From: Bacteroidia bacterium
Lineage (GTDB): Bacteria; Bacteroidota; Bacteroidia; Flavobacteriales; Flavobacteriaceae
DNA: 64,000 nucleotides
Reading direction: 5' to 3'
Assembly: GCA_046566705.1 (NCBI GenBank)
Contig: JBKHWE010000024.1
Location: 10,542-74,541, forward strand
The notes beneath the pieces are model-generated. The model had not been told where the DNA came from. It did no database searches and was given only the letters and a program-made list of their open reading frames with translations. Positions 36,067 through 45,645 of this stretch are shown piece after piece (position 1 is the first letter of the stretch; each line of letters opens with the position of its first letter). A program made the position numbers and the translations under genes.

Positions 36067-36190
36067 AATAGCCTCTCCCCTACCTCCTCTCCAAAGGAGA
36101 GAGAAACTCGGGCGTATTTAAAATCGTTTATTATTATCTAATGCTTACAGGGTACTACCTCCCCTTTGGGGAGGGTTAGGGAGGGGCTTT
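36067..36190. repeat. GC-rich mini-hairpins between cphB and the isoaspartyl peptidase gene
   Basis: CTCTCC-AAA-GGAGAG lies at 36087-36101 and CCTCCCC-TTT-GGGGAGG at 36158-36174. They have the same style as the hairpins at 25171-25430. Confidence 0.65.
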
Positions 36191-37132
36191 TTACTCCCTG
36201 TCGTCGGCACTCACTTTTGGGTCGGCATTGTCGCTGTCCTGCTCCACCATAAGCGGCAGAGAGTACTGCGAATTGCGGATTTCCATTTGATGCGTGTTCA
36301 GGTCGTATGTATCGTACATGCTCATTACGTGTACTACCAGGTTGTTAATACTAATGGGTTTGCCAAGCTCTACCTGGGTAAGGTTAGTATCCTTAATCTG
36401 GCGCCCGTCCACAATAATCACAAGCCCAGAACCTATGGCCTCCATACGTCCGTTGCCCGTAATAAGCAGGCCGGTATCTTCACCAAGGCCTATACCTATG
36501 GTGCGCGGATTACCCACCACCGTTTGGAACAGGCGGCCTATGCGTCCGCGCTGTACAAAGTGGGTGTCTATGATTACATCCTGTATAAGCCCAAGGCCAC
36601 TGGTAATTTTTACCTCGCCCTTAAGCAGGGCTTCTCCGCTGCTGCCCTGATAAATCATGTTGTTACTGGCAGCGGCGGCACCCGCACTGGTACCGGCGTA
36701 TATAAAATCTTCATTTTTGAACTTGTCCAGCAGTATGTCCTGGAACTCCGTACCCCCAAGTATAGAGGTAAGGCGCAGCTGGTCGCCGCCGGTAAACATT
36801 ACCACATCGGCATTACGCAGGCGTTGCAGGACCTCCGGGTCATGCGTCTGTTCGCGTTTCTCTATATACAATACACCAACATTATGGGCATTAAGATATG
36901 CAAATGCCTTAATATATTCCGGCCCTACCTCACGCGGTATTACCGAGGCGGTAGTAACCATTTCTATACGGCTTTCTTCACCTAGTCTTGACTCCTGTAT
37001 AATGCGTTTCATTATACCGGTTTCAAAAAAATTCAGGTTATTGGCTACATTCTGGTCATAGGATGCCTCTGTAAAGCTGCCTTTATCTACAGCGCCGCCT
37101 ATAATTATTAGTTTTCCCTTTACATTATTCAT
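36191..37132 (-). CDS. cphB: cyanophycinase (peptidase S51)
   Basis: 313 aa with LIIIGGAVDKG, FTGGDQLRL and the GTSAGAAA Ser nucleophile motif. Confidence 0.85.
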   Translation of the reverse strand: MNNVKGKLIIIGGAVDKGSFTEASYDQNVANNLNFFETGIMKRIIQESRLGEESRIEMVTTASVIPREVGPEYIKAFAYLNAHNVGVLYIEKREQTHDPEVLQRLRNADVVMFTGGDQLRLTSILGGTEFQDILLDKFKNEDFIYAGTSAGAAAASNNMIYQGSSGEALLKGEVKITSGLGLIQDVIIDTHFVQRGRIGRLFQTVVGNPRTIGIGLGEDTGLLITGNGRMEAIGSGLVIIVDGRQIKDTNLTQVELGKPISINNLVVHVMSMYDTYDLNTHQMEIRNSQYSLPLMVEQDSDNADPKVSADDRE

Positions 37133-37380
37133 AGGTGCAAAAATACGTTAAAAAGCTAAAAACGCGAATGATGGGTTAATTATTTCTTTCCAAATTGTTA
37201 CGCGAAACAATATCGTTAAAAAAAATTCACTATAACCCTACTATAAGTGATTTTTTTTAACTAATTTTCTGTCGACGAAATACAAAGCACTGGTATTTGT
37301 GTTAATTTTTCGTAAATAATCAAAGATTACATATTTTAAAAGCGCCAAAAAACAATTCTAATTTCCCCTTGAAACCGATT

Positions 37381-40011
37381 ATGAAGATTGAAAAGATCCA
37401 GGCCCTTAAAGGCCCCAACATTTGGAGTGTTAAGCGTAAGAAACTCGTCCAGATGCGCCTTAACCTTGAAGAATTAGAACAGCAGCCCACGAACAAAATC
37501 CCGGGATTCAGGGAGCGAATAGAGGCACTCATCCCTTCTATGTACACCCACCGCTGTAGCGAAGGTGTACCCGGCGGGTTCTTTGCCCGTGTAGACCGCG
37601 GTACCTGGATGGGCCACGTTATAGAGCATATAGCGCTTGAAATACAAACCATAGCAGGTATGGAAACCGGTTTTGGCCGCACGCGCGAAACCAAGACACC
37701 CGGCACCTATAATGTGGTGTTTAGCTATGTAGAGGAAAACGTAGGCATCTATGCAGCCGAAGCATCGGTACGCATAGCCGAAGCCCTTATAGCCGGTATC
37801 GAATACGACCTGGATGCCGACATACAGGAAATGCGCCGCATACGCGAACGCGACCGCCTGGGCCCAAGCACCGGAAGTATTGTAGAGGAGGCCGTAGCAC
37901 GCGACATCCCGTGGATACGACTGGGAACCAACTCACTGGTACAACTGGGGTATGGCATTAACCAAATGCGTTTCCAGGCCACGATTACCAATAAAACCAG
38001 CCACATAGCAGTAGATATTGCCTGTAACAAGGAGCAGACCAAGCGTATGCTGGAAGCTGCTTCCATCCCCGTGGCAAGTGGTGGCATTTGCACTAACGAA
38101 GAAGGCTTGCAGCAAATCATAGACAAAATAGGTTACCCTGTAGTACTGAAACCGCTGGATGGCAACCATGGTAAAGGCGCTTCTATAAACGTAAAAACGT
38201 TTGAACATGCCGTTGCCGGGCTGGAATTCGCCCAGAAATACGGCAGCCGTGTTATTGTAGAAAAATTCATTACCGGGTTTGACTTCCGGGTATTGGTCAT
38301 AGATAATAAAGTAGTGGCCGCCGCCCAAAGGGTGCCTGCCCATATAAAGGGCAATGGCGTGCATAGCATACAGGCCCTTATAGATATAGAAAACCTGGAC
38401 CCGCGCCGTGGCTACGGACACGAAAATGTACTGACCGAAATTACGGTAGACCGCGATACCACCGACCTGCTGGAAAAGAAAGGATATACACTGGATACTG
38501 TTCCTGCCGAAGGCGAAATTGTGTACCTTAAGTCTACAGCCAACCTAAGTACCGGTGGTACATCGGTAGATGTGACCGACCTAATGCACCCTGAAAATAT
38601 TTTCCTGTCGGAACGTATAAGCCGCGTTATAGGCCTGGATGTATGCGGTATAGACATCATGGCCGAAAACCTTACGCAGCCGCTTAAGGAAAATGGCGGT
38701 GTTATCCTTGAGGTAAATGCCGCACCGGGTTTCCGTATGCACCTTGCCCCAAGCGAAGGCCTGCCGCGTAACGTTGCCGCACCGGTTTTAGACATGCTGT
38801 ACCCACCGGGCAAGCCCAGCCGCATCCCTATTTTTGCGGTTACCGGTACTAATGGTAAAACCACCACTACCCGACTGCTGGCACATATTGTAAAAAACAA
38901 TGGTTTCCGCGTGGGCTTCACCACATCTGACGGGATTTACATACAAAACCACATGCTGGAAAAGGGCGACACCACAGGCCCGTTCAGTGCAGAATATATA
39001 CTGAAAGACCCTACCGTGGAGTTTGCCGTACTGGAAACCGCACGCGGCGGATTACTGCGCTCAGGCCTTGGCTTTAGCCGATGCGATATTGGTATTATTA
39101 CCAACATCCAGGAAGACCACCTGGGCATGAATGACATTAATACGCTGGATGATCTTGCCAAAGTAAAACGTGTGATTCCGCGAAGTGTAAAAAAAGACGG
39201 TTGGGCTGTATTAAACGGCGACGACCCGGAGTGTATTAAAATAGGTAAAGAGCTGGAATGTAACGTGGCGTACTTTAGTATGGATGAGGACAACCCGTTT
39301 ATTAAGGAGGAAGCCAAAGCAGGCCGTGTTACCGCCGTATACGAAAACGGCTTCATTACCATAAAAAAGGGCAGCTGGAAAATACGTATAGACAAAGCCA
39401 TGCACGTGCCCCTTACCATGGGCGGCAAGGCAAGGTTTATGATAGCCAATGTACTCGCGGCTACCCTGGCATCGTATCTGTGGGGCTTTAAGACGGAAGA
39501 CATAAGCCTGTCCTTACAAACCTTTATACCGGGTGCCGCGCAAACGCCGGGCCGTATGAATATTTTTGAATTCAAAAACTTTAAAGTACTGATAGACTTT
39601 GCCCATAACCCTGCCGGTTACCTTGCTGTGGAAGACTTTTTACAAAATGTTGAGGCTACCAAAAAAATAGGAATCATATCGGGTGTGGGAGACAGGCGCG
39701 ACCAGGACATCCGTGATTGTGCCACCATAGCCGCACGTATGTTTGACCACGTAATCATCCGCAATGAAAAACACCTGCGCGGACGTACCGAAGAAAATAT
39801 AAACGGCCTGATACTTGAGGGTTTTGAAGCAAGCGGAAGGCAAATTACCTACGAAATTATTCCGAAAGAAACGGAAGCGATAAAGCACGCGATACAAAAT
39901 GGCGAAGACGGAAGCTTCATCGTTGCCTTGAGCGATGTAGTGACTAATGCCATACAGGTAGTACAGGGTTATTTAGACCTTGAAAACGAAGAAGCGTTGC
40001 AAAACCAGTAA
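37381..40011 (+). CDS. cphA: cyanophycin synthetase
   Basis: The N-terminus is MKIEKIQALKGPNIWS. It has an ATP-grasp domain (GYPVVLKPLDGNHGKG) and a Mur-ligase-like domain (VTGTNGKTTTTRL). I preferred the ATG at 37381 to the TTG at 37369. Confidence 0.92.
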   Translation: MKIEKIQALKGPNIWSVKRKKLVQMRLNLEELEQQPTNKIPGFRERIEALIPSMYTHRCSEGVPGGFFARVDRGTWMGHVIEHIALEIQTIAGMETGFGRTRETKTPGTYNVVFSYVEENVGIYAAEASVRIAEALIAGIEYDLDADIQEMRRIRERDRLGPSTGSIVEEAVARDIPWIRLGTNSLVQLGYGINQMRFQATITNKTSHIAVDIACNKEQTKRMLEAASIPVASGGICTNEEGLQQIIDKIGYPVVLKPLDGNHGKGASINVKTFEHAVAGLEFAQKYGSRVIVEKFITGFDFRVLVIDNKVVAAAQRVPAHIKGNGVHSIQALIDIENLDPRRGYGHENVLTEITVDRDTTDLLEKKGYTLDTVPAEGEIVYLKSTANLSTGGTSVDVTDLMHPENIFLSERISRVIGLDVCGIDIMAENLTQPLKENGGVILEVNAAPGFRMHLAPSEGLPRNVAAPVLDMLYPPGKPSRIPIFAVTGTNGKTTTTRLLAHIVKNNGFRVGFTTSDGIYIQNHMLEKGDTTGPFSAEYILKDPTVEFAVLETARGGLLRSGLGFSRCDIGIITNIQEDHLGMNDINTLDDLAKVKRVIPRSVKKDGWAVLNGDDPECIKIGKELECNVAYFSMDEDNPFIKEEAKAGRVTAVYENGFITIKKGSWKIRIDKAMHVPLTMGGKARFMIANVLAATLASYLWGFKTEDISLSLQTFIPGAAQTPGRMNIFEFKNFKVLIDFAHNPAGYLAVEDFLQNVEATKKIGIISGVGDRRDQDIRDCATIAARMFDHVIIRNEKHLRGRTEENINGLILEGFEASGRQITYEIIPKETEAIKHAIQNGEDGSFIVALSDVVTNAIQVVQGYLDLENEEALQNQ

Positions 40012-40022
40012 TAACCAAAACG

Positions 40023-40054
40023 AAAAAGGAGCTTACTATTAAGCTCCTTTTTTT
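40023..40054. terminator. bidirectional intrinsic terminator
   Basis: AAAAAGGAGCTTA-CTAT-TAAGCTCCTTTTT lies between convergent cphA and the response regulator gene. Confidence 0.8.
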
Positions 40055-40072
40055 ATTTATTATAGTATTGCG

Positions 40073-40486
40073 CTATACGCCCTCAACCCCTACAATCATG
40101 AATATCTTATCAAGGTCTTCGCGGCATATAGGCTTAAGCAGGTAGTCTTTTACTATGTGGCTGTAATTACGTGCTTTGCTTAAATCCTGTTCGTCATTAG
40201 AAGAGCTTATCATAAAAATAGTGGCGCTACAGCCTGTGTCCTGCACCAGCTTAGTATATTCTTCTAAAAACTGCCAGCCGTCCATAATGGGCATATTTAC
40301 ATCCAGCAGTATAAGCTCCGGGAAAGTGCCGTCTACAGCAGCCTGCTTAAGGCTCTCAATAGCATCAAGTCCGTTGCCAAAAAAGACAGGATCTACATGT
40401 ATATTATTTTGCTTAAAAAGGTTTTTAAGCAAAAAATGATAAATCTTGTCGTCGTCTATTACATACATACCACTAACCTTCTTCAT
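40073..40486 (-). CDS. response regulator, receiver domain only
   Basis: CheY-like motifs are VIDDD, LLDVNMP and a conserved Lys region, with no output domain. The start is ambiguous (40486 or 40468). Confidence 0.8.
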   Translation of the reverse strand: MKKVSGMYVIDDDKIYHFLLKNLFKQNNIHVDPVFFGNGLDAIESLKQAAVDGTFPELILLDVNMPIMDGWQFLEEYTKLVQDTGCSATIFMISSSNDEQDLSKARNYSHIVKDYLLKPICREDLDKIFMIVGVEGV

Positions 40487-41990
40487 TAAAATACAATTTA
40501 AATACCGTGCCACGATTTACCTCACTGGCTACTTCTACCCGGCCGCCCATGGCTTCTACCTGGTTTTTTGTAATAAATAGCCCTATACCACGCGAATTCT
40601 GGTGCTTGTGGAATGTCTTGTACATACCAAAAAGGGCATTTCTGTGCTTCTTAAGGTCTATACCAATTCCGTTGTCGCTAATGTACAAAACTTTTTGTCC
40701 ATTTTCAATCGCAAAATCATAAGAAATTACAGGTTTTTTATCTGAAGAAGAGTATTTTATAGCATTTGTTGTAAAATTTAACAAAACACTTTCTAAATAT
40801 GCCGGGTTATAGTACACCGTAACATCCAGCGGGATATTAATTTCTATAGTAACCGCATGCTTTGTTATTTCATTATGCAGTATGGTAAGTATGTTTTTAA
40901 GGTAATACCTCAGGTTAAGTCGCTCCTTTACGTTCTTAACCTCAGTTTGTATCTCTACCAGTTCTTTAAGGTGGCTTATGGTTATGGTAAGCCCGTCTGA
41001 TATGGCTTCCAGATGATCCAGCATTTCATCGCGCTCAGCATTATCTGCCGTTTTTATAAGATCCAGCAGCATGCGCAGGTTACTGGCATGCGAGCGCAGG
41101 TTGTGCGATACAATATGGGCAAAGTTACTAAGGCGGTTGTTTTGTTCCCCTACAATGGTAATGGTCTTGCCCAGTGTTATTTCCTTTTCCTTAAGCTCAG
41201 TAATATCTTTAAGTGTACCTACCGCCCTAAACGGCTTGTCGTTTTTAAACTCTACAATCTGCCCGCGGCTCATTACCCATCGGTAGCCATCTTTAGCATG
41301 TTTTATACGGTATATATGCTCAAAACGTGGTGTTTTTCCAGAAATATAGTCGTTAACCGCGCGTATGTGGCCTTTTGTATCTTCCTTAAAAATGCGGCTG
41401 CGCCATTGTTCCTGGGTCCATACGGTATCTTTTTCCTCCATGCCCGCTATTTTCATGCTCTGGGCAGAAAAGTATACTTCACCGGTAACCATGTTATAAT
41501 CCCATATCCCTTCAGAGGCGGCCTCAAGGGCAAAACGAATGCGTGCCTCAGATCCCCGAAGCATTATTTCCTGTTCCTTTTGTATGGTAATATCACTCAT
41601 CCTGCCGTAAAATATCACACTTCCGTCTTCCTGGGCTTCCGGGTTAGCGTGCACTTTCAGCCAGCGGAATCCTTTTTCGGGTAATGACACCTGATACTCA
41701 AACTCCCACGCCCTGCTATGCTTACGCGCCCTGTGCAGCGATACATAAAACCTCCGGTTATACTCCGGAAGTAATCGACTGTTTAGCGCCCCAACAAAAT
41801 CAGACATGAACCGTGCCGAACTTATTTCATAAATAGCATTGACAGATTCGCTGCAATACTCCAGCGAATAGTCATTTTTGGGTTTCCATAGCAATTTAAA
41901 AATAACATCCGGTACCTGGTCCAGTAACTTCTTATAAAACTCATTAAGAGGCTCTGACTCATACACATCCGGGGCAGTAAACAACTTCAT
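40473..41990 (-). CDS. PAS-domain sensor histidine kinase (cytoplasmic)
   Basis: Two PAS-like regions are followed by the H-box FAHIVSHNLRSH and the HATPase G-boxes DNGIGID and GIGLFI. Confidence 0.85.
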   Translation of the reverse strand: MKLFTAPDVYESEPLNEFYKKLLDQVPDVIFKLLWKPKNDYSLEYCSESVNAIYEISSARFMSDFVGALNSRLLPEYNRRFYVSLHRARKHSRAWEFEYQVSLPEKGFRWLKVHANPEAQEDGSVIFYGRMSDITIQKEQEIMLRGSEARIRFALEAASEGIWDYNMVTGEVYFSAQSMKIAGMEEKDTVWTQEQWRSRIFKEDTKGHIRAVNDYISGKTPRFEHIYRIKHAKDGYRWVMSRGQIVEFKNDKPFRAVGTLKDITELKEKEITLGKTITIVGEQNNRLSNFAHIVSHNLRSHASNLRMLLDLIKTADNAERDEMLDHLEAISDGLTITISHLKELVEIQTEVKNVKERLNLRYYLKNILTILHNEITKHAVTIEINIPLDVTVYYNPAYLESVLLNFTTNAIKYSSSDKKPVISYDFAIENGQKVLYISDNGIGIDLKKHRNALFGMYKTFHKHQNSRGIGLFITKNQVEAMGGRVEVASEVNRGTVFKLYFNEEG

Positions 41991-42043
41991 ACGATAAAAT
42001 TAATACAAATTATCCTAAGACCGTGAATTATTCGATATAATAC

Positions 42044-42943
42044 TTATTTTCTGGGATGAAAGTTACTAACCACCTGTTTCAGGAAGCTTCTGTCTACGTG
42101 CATGTACACTTCGGTAGTGGTTATGGACTCGTGCCCCATCATAAGCTGTATGGAACGCAGGTCGGCTCCATTTTCCAGTAAATGGGTGGCAAACGAATGC
42201 CTGAAGGTATGCGGGCTTATGTTTTTTTGCAGGCTGATTTTTTCAGCCAGGCGTTTTATTACCGTAAATACCATGGCACGCGTAAGGCCGGTTCCCCTGC
42301 GGCTGAGGAACAATGTATCTTCATGGCCTTTTTTAATATCCAGCTGCGCACGGATTCCTTCCCTATAATGCGTCATGTATTTTTGGGTTGCGCCACTAAG
42401 CGGCACAAAACGCTGTTTACTCCCCTTACCGGTTACCCGTATAAAACCCTCCTCAAAAAACAGGTCAGACAACCGCAGCCCCGTAAGTTCAGATACCCTG
42501 AGCCCACAACCGTACAGGGTTTCCAGCATGGCGCGGTTACGCTCGCCATCGTCTTTACTAAGGTCTATAGCACCAATGAGGCTGTCTATTTCGGCAATGG
42601 AAAGCGTATCGGGCAGCTTACGCCCCGTTTTTGGCACCTCTATAAGCTCCAGCGGCATGTCTTTACGGTAGTCTTCAAACATTAAATAGTTAAAAAAACT
42701 CTTAAGGCCCGATATCAGCCGTGCACGTGAGCGGGGACTGAGTTCGCCTGCCATCTGGTAAATAAACTGCTGCAGCGTTTCTTCGGTTATAGCTACGGGG
42801 GAAACATCTATCGTATTCTCTTCCAGATATTTCAGCAGGCGATTTATATCAAAAAGATAGTTTGTTAGCGAATTTTCAGACAGCCCGCGCTCTATTTTCA
42901 GGTAGGTTGTATAGCCTTTTATATATCTGCTCCAGGACTGCAT
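42044..42943 (-). CDS. xerD: site-specific tyrosine recombinase XerD
   Basis: 299 aa with the C-terminal catalytic block HTFRHSFATHLLENGADLRSIQLMMGHESITTTEVYMHV. Confidence 0.85.
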   Translation of the reverse strand: MQSWSRYIKGYTTYLKIERGLSENSLTNYLFDINRLLKYLEENTIDVSPVAITEETLQQFIYQMAGELSPRSRARLISGLKSFFNYLMFEDYRKDMPLELIEVPKTGRKLPDTLSIAEIDSLIGAIDLSKDDGERNRAMLETLYGCGLRVSELTGLRLSDLFFEEGFIRVTGKGSKQRFVPLSGATQKYMTHYREGIRAQLDIKKGHEDTLFLSRRGTGLTRAMVFTVIKRLAEKISLQKNISPHTFRHSFATHLLENGADLRSIQLMMGHESITTTEVYMHVDRSFLKQVVSNFHPRK

Positions 42944-43002
42944 TTGCGGTTAAAATTGTGTGAATTAAGAAATTGTTGATAAAACGACCAATTTTAAGTA
43001 TA

Positions 43003-43010
43003 TAATTTTG
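43003..43010 (+). promoter_or_regulatory. Bacteroidota -7 box TAATTTTG
   Basis: Matches TAnnTTTG 27 nt upstream of the ATG at 43037. Confidence 0.4.
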
Positions 43011-43036
43011 GAAAACAAAACTAAAACTAATTAAAC

Positions 43037-43666
43037 ATGAAACTATTTAATATTTTAACAGCGAGTACCCTTATGATGGGAGCTGTTGCGACGATGAATG
43101 CACAGGATAATGGCGGTGCAACCGGAGGAAGTACTTCACCAAGCTTTGGTGTAAAAGGTGGTGTTAACTTTGCTACTATAAATGGCAGCGATTTTGACAG
43201 CCCTGATTCCAGGACTAGTTTTCATGTTGGTGTTTTTGGGGAATTCCCAATAGCTCCCGATCTGTTTTCTATACAGGTAGAGGCGCTGTACTCAGGACAG
43301 GGATTTGAAACCGATGTCGATGGAGGCATTTTTGGCGGAAGTGGCAAGGTAGAATACCAACTGGACTACATTAACGTACCGGTACTGGCTAAATTTTACA
43401 TTGTAAAAGGCCTTAGCCTGGAAGCAGGTCCACAGTTTAGCTTTAAGGTTAATGAGGAAATTGACGCCAACCCAAATGCTAACAGTGGCGACCTTGACCT
43501 GAACGAAGCCAAAGATTTTGAATTCGGCGTATCGGGTGGTCTTTCATTTGAAACCCCGCTGGGCATTTTTGCCACAGCGCGATACAACCAGGGTCTTACC
43601 GACATCATTGAAGACAGGGATGTAAAAAATTCAGTATTCCAGCTGGGTGTAGGATTTAAATTCTAA
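43037..43666 (+). CDS. small outer-membrane beta-barrel protein
   Basis: 209 aa with a signal peptide, an alternating beta pattern and a C-terminal GVGFKF. Confidence 0.7.
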   Translation: MKLFNILTASTLMMGAVATMNAQDNGGATGGSTSPSFGVKGGVNFATINGSDFDSPDSRTSFHVGVFGEFPIAPDLFSIQVEALYSGQGFETDVDGGIFGGSGKVEYQLDYINVPVLAKFYIVKGLSLEAGPQFSFKVNEEIDANPNANSGDLDLNEAKDFEFGVSGGLSFETPLGIFATARYNQGLTDIIEDRDVKNSVFQLGVGFKF

Positions 43667-43705
43667 CCCCACCGAAAATATAAAAATTTTGGTTGGTTAC
43701 ACACG

Positions 43706-43737
43706 AAAAAGGGGCTGCCTTAGTTGCGCCCCTTTTT
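43706..43737. terminator. bidirectional intrinsic terminator
   Basis: AAAAAGGGGC .. GCCCCTTTTT lies between convergent genes. Confidence 0.75.
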
Positions 43738-43742
43738 CTATT

Positions 43743-44045
43743 TTATCGTAAAACCACTTCGGTTACCACCTCGCGGCGCATATCTTCATTAAGCATCTTC
43801 TTTATTTTATCGCGCCTGTAGCTTAGTTCCTCACGCAGTACTGCCGACGTAAGCTCTACGTACAGTATACTCCCTTTTAAGGCTATATTGCGGGTATAGG
43901 TATTTACACCATTACCCATAAGCCTGGTCCAGGCTTCGCGGATGTTAATCCCGTCTATGCCTTTTTGCAGGTTGTTCTGGTCTATAAATACCCGTAGTAC
44001 ATCGCTTACCGCATTAGAATCGTTAAGCCGCTTGGATTTTGCCAT
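43743..44045 (-). CDS. DUF721 domain protein
   Basis: 100 aa with a pattern (W..LMG..V..YT..I.LKGSILYVELTSAVLREEL) typical of DUF721. Confidence 0.7.
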   Translation of the reverse strand: MAKSKRLNDSNAVSDVLRVFIDQNNLQKGIDGINIREAWTRLMGNGVNTYTRNIALKGSILYVELTSAVLREELSYRRDKIKKMLNEDMRREVVTEVVLR

Positions 44046-44046
44046 A

Positions 44047-44472
44047 TTATTCTAACGAAATACGTCCTGATTTCTTATAGTGGTACTCTATATTATGCTG
44101 GTTTTTTGTTACCAGCTGCTCCTCATCTGCCGTAAGCAGTTCCTCATCCCATTTGGCATAATCTGTTACGTACTTTAAAACGGTTTTATCCCCTTCCTTT
44201 ACTATGGTAAACGCCTCACTAAAATCATTTGCCCTAAAGGTACCGTCTATTTGCGGCATGGCTTTTTTGCGAAAGCCTTTAACACCTTTTACCTCAAAAT
44301 AATCCACCGTAGGATTTATAGAATAATCTTTTTCAGAGCCATCGGGCATCAGTACTTTTTCTATTTCCCAGTAACCGTTCAGCCTGCTGTAATCGTTGCC
44401 TTCAAAATGTTTTTTGCAGCCGGTAAGCGTAAGCAGCACGGCGCCCACAAAAAACAATACTATCTTTTTCAT
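44047..44472 (-). CDS. lipoprotein (lipocalin-like), function unknown
   Basis: The lipobox LTLTGC is present. The protein is 141 aa and the gene is tightly packed with the DUF721 gene. Confidence 0.55.
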   Translation of the reverse strand: MKKIVLFFVGAVLLTLTGCKKHFEGNDYSRLNGYWEIEKVLMPDGSEKDYSINPTVDYFEVKGVKGFRKKAMPQIDGTFRANDFSEAFTIVKEGDKTVLKYVTDYAKWDEELLTADEEQLVTKNQHNIEYHYKKSGRISLE

Positions 44473-44570
44473 TTCCTAAATAAATTGGTAACGGCAAATG
44501 TAGTTATTAATGGCCGTTCAGCACCCGCATTGCCCACGTATTTATTACATTTGATACAAAACCCTTTAGC

Positions 44571-45629
44571 ATGAAAACGTTACGCCAATATATAATCCCC
44601 GCGCTGATACTGTTTATGGTATGCAGCGGAGCGTTTGCCCAAAAAATGTATTTCCCTAAAAACACAGGCCAATGGGAAACCACCGCACCGGCAAGCCTTG
44701 GCTGGAGCCAAAAGAACATACCGGCCATGCTAAGCTATCTTAAAGAAAAACATACCCGGGCTTTTATAATCCTGGTAAACGGCCGCATTGTAATGGAAGA
44801 ATACATGAACGGCCACAAACAGTGGAAACCCTGGTACTGGGCCAGTGCCGGCAAAACCCTTACGGCAACTGCATTTGGCATAGCACAGCAGGAAGGCTTT
44901 ACCGATATAAACACTCCTGTAACTACGTATCTGGGTACAGGCTGGACAAGCGCGCCTCCCGATAAAGAAGCACTGATTACCTGCCGCCACCTGCTTACCA
45001 TGACCAGCGGTATAGACGACAGTATGGGCAATGCCGTTACGCCCGATAAATTGAAATTCAAAGCCGATGCCGATACCCGATGGGCCTACCACAATATTTA
45101 CGTAAAGCTACAGGATGTTATAGCCAAAGCTTCCGGGAAAAGCTGGGAGGATTATTTTAACACCTCACTAAAAGATAAAATAGGTATGGGCGGGCTATGG
45201 CGTGATGGCCGCGGCCAAATGGAAGCGTTTAGCGTGTACTGGAGCAATGCCCGCAGTATGGCGCGTTTTGGTTTATTGGCGCTTAATAAGGGCAACTGGA
45301 ATGGGGAGCAAATTGTAGCCAAGGCGTATTTTGAGGCCATGGTTACCCCATCTCAAGACATAAACAAATCGTATGGCTACCTGTGGTGGCTAAACGGAAA
45401 AGAAAGTTACCACCTGCCTGCCGCCCAAACTGAATTTAAAGGCAGCCTGATACCAAATGCCCCGGCCGATATGTATATGGCACTGGGCAAAAATGACCAG
45501 AAAATATACGTAATCCCGTCTAAGGACATGGTGATTATCCGCATGGGCGAGTCGGCTAATAATAAGAATTTTGCCCTATCTGATTTTGATGAGGAACTAT
45601 GGGGAAAAATAAACGCCGTTATTAAGTAA
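44571..45629 (+). CDS. serine hydrolase, beta-lactamase/transpeptidase-like
   Basis: It has a signal peptide and an SxxK motif (ASAGKTLTA). Length is 352 aa. Confidence 0.8.
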   Translation: MKTLRQYIIPALILFMVCSGAFAQKMYFPKNTGQWETTAPASLGWSQKNIPAMLSYLKEKHTRAFIILVNGRIVMEEYMNGHKQWKPWYWASAGKTLTATAFGIAQQEGFTDINTPVTTYLGTGWTSAPPDKEALITCRHLLTMTSGIDDSMGNAVTPDKLKFKADADTRWAYHNIYVKLQDVIAKASGKSWEDYFNTSLKDKIGMGGLWRDGRGQMEAFSVYWSNARSMARFGLLALNKGNWNGEQIVAKAYFEAMVTPSQDINKSYGYLWWLNGKESYHLPAAQTEFKGSLIPNAPADMYMALGKNDQKIYVIPSKDMVIIRMGESANNKNFALSDFDEELWGKINAVIK

Positions 45630-45645
45630 CGGCGTTTATTTTTTT
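45611..45645 (+). terminator. intrinsic terminator overlapping the stop codon
   Basis: AAACGCCGTTA-TTAAG-TAACGGCGTTT is followed by ATTTTTTT. Confidence 0.75.

Noticed and set aside
36287-37061. Plus-strand ORFs (232, 118 and 134 aa) overlapping cyanophycinase
   Set aside because: These are antisense shadows of a well-supported CDS and show no motifs.
37320-39575. Minus-strand ORFs (125-212 aa) inside cphA, and the 128-aa ORF at 37320-37706
   Set aside because: They lie antisense to cphA, have Ser/Arg/Pro-rich nonsense-like composition, and lack start context.
42044-42943. Tyrosine recombinase as the integrase of a mobile element
   Set aside because: Its length and N-terminal and C-terminal motifs fit housekeeping XerD. 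There is no adjacent tRNA, direct repeat, excisionase or cargo genes, and the flanking genes look core.
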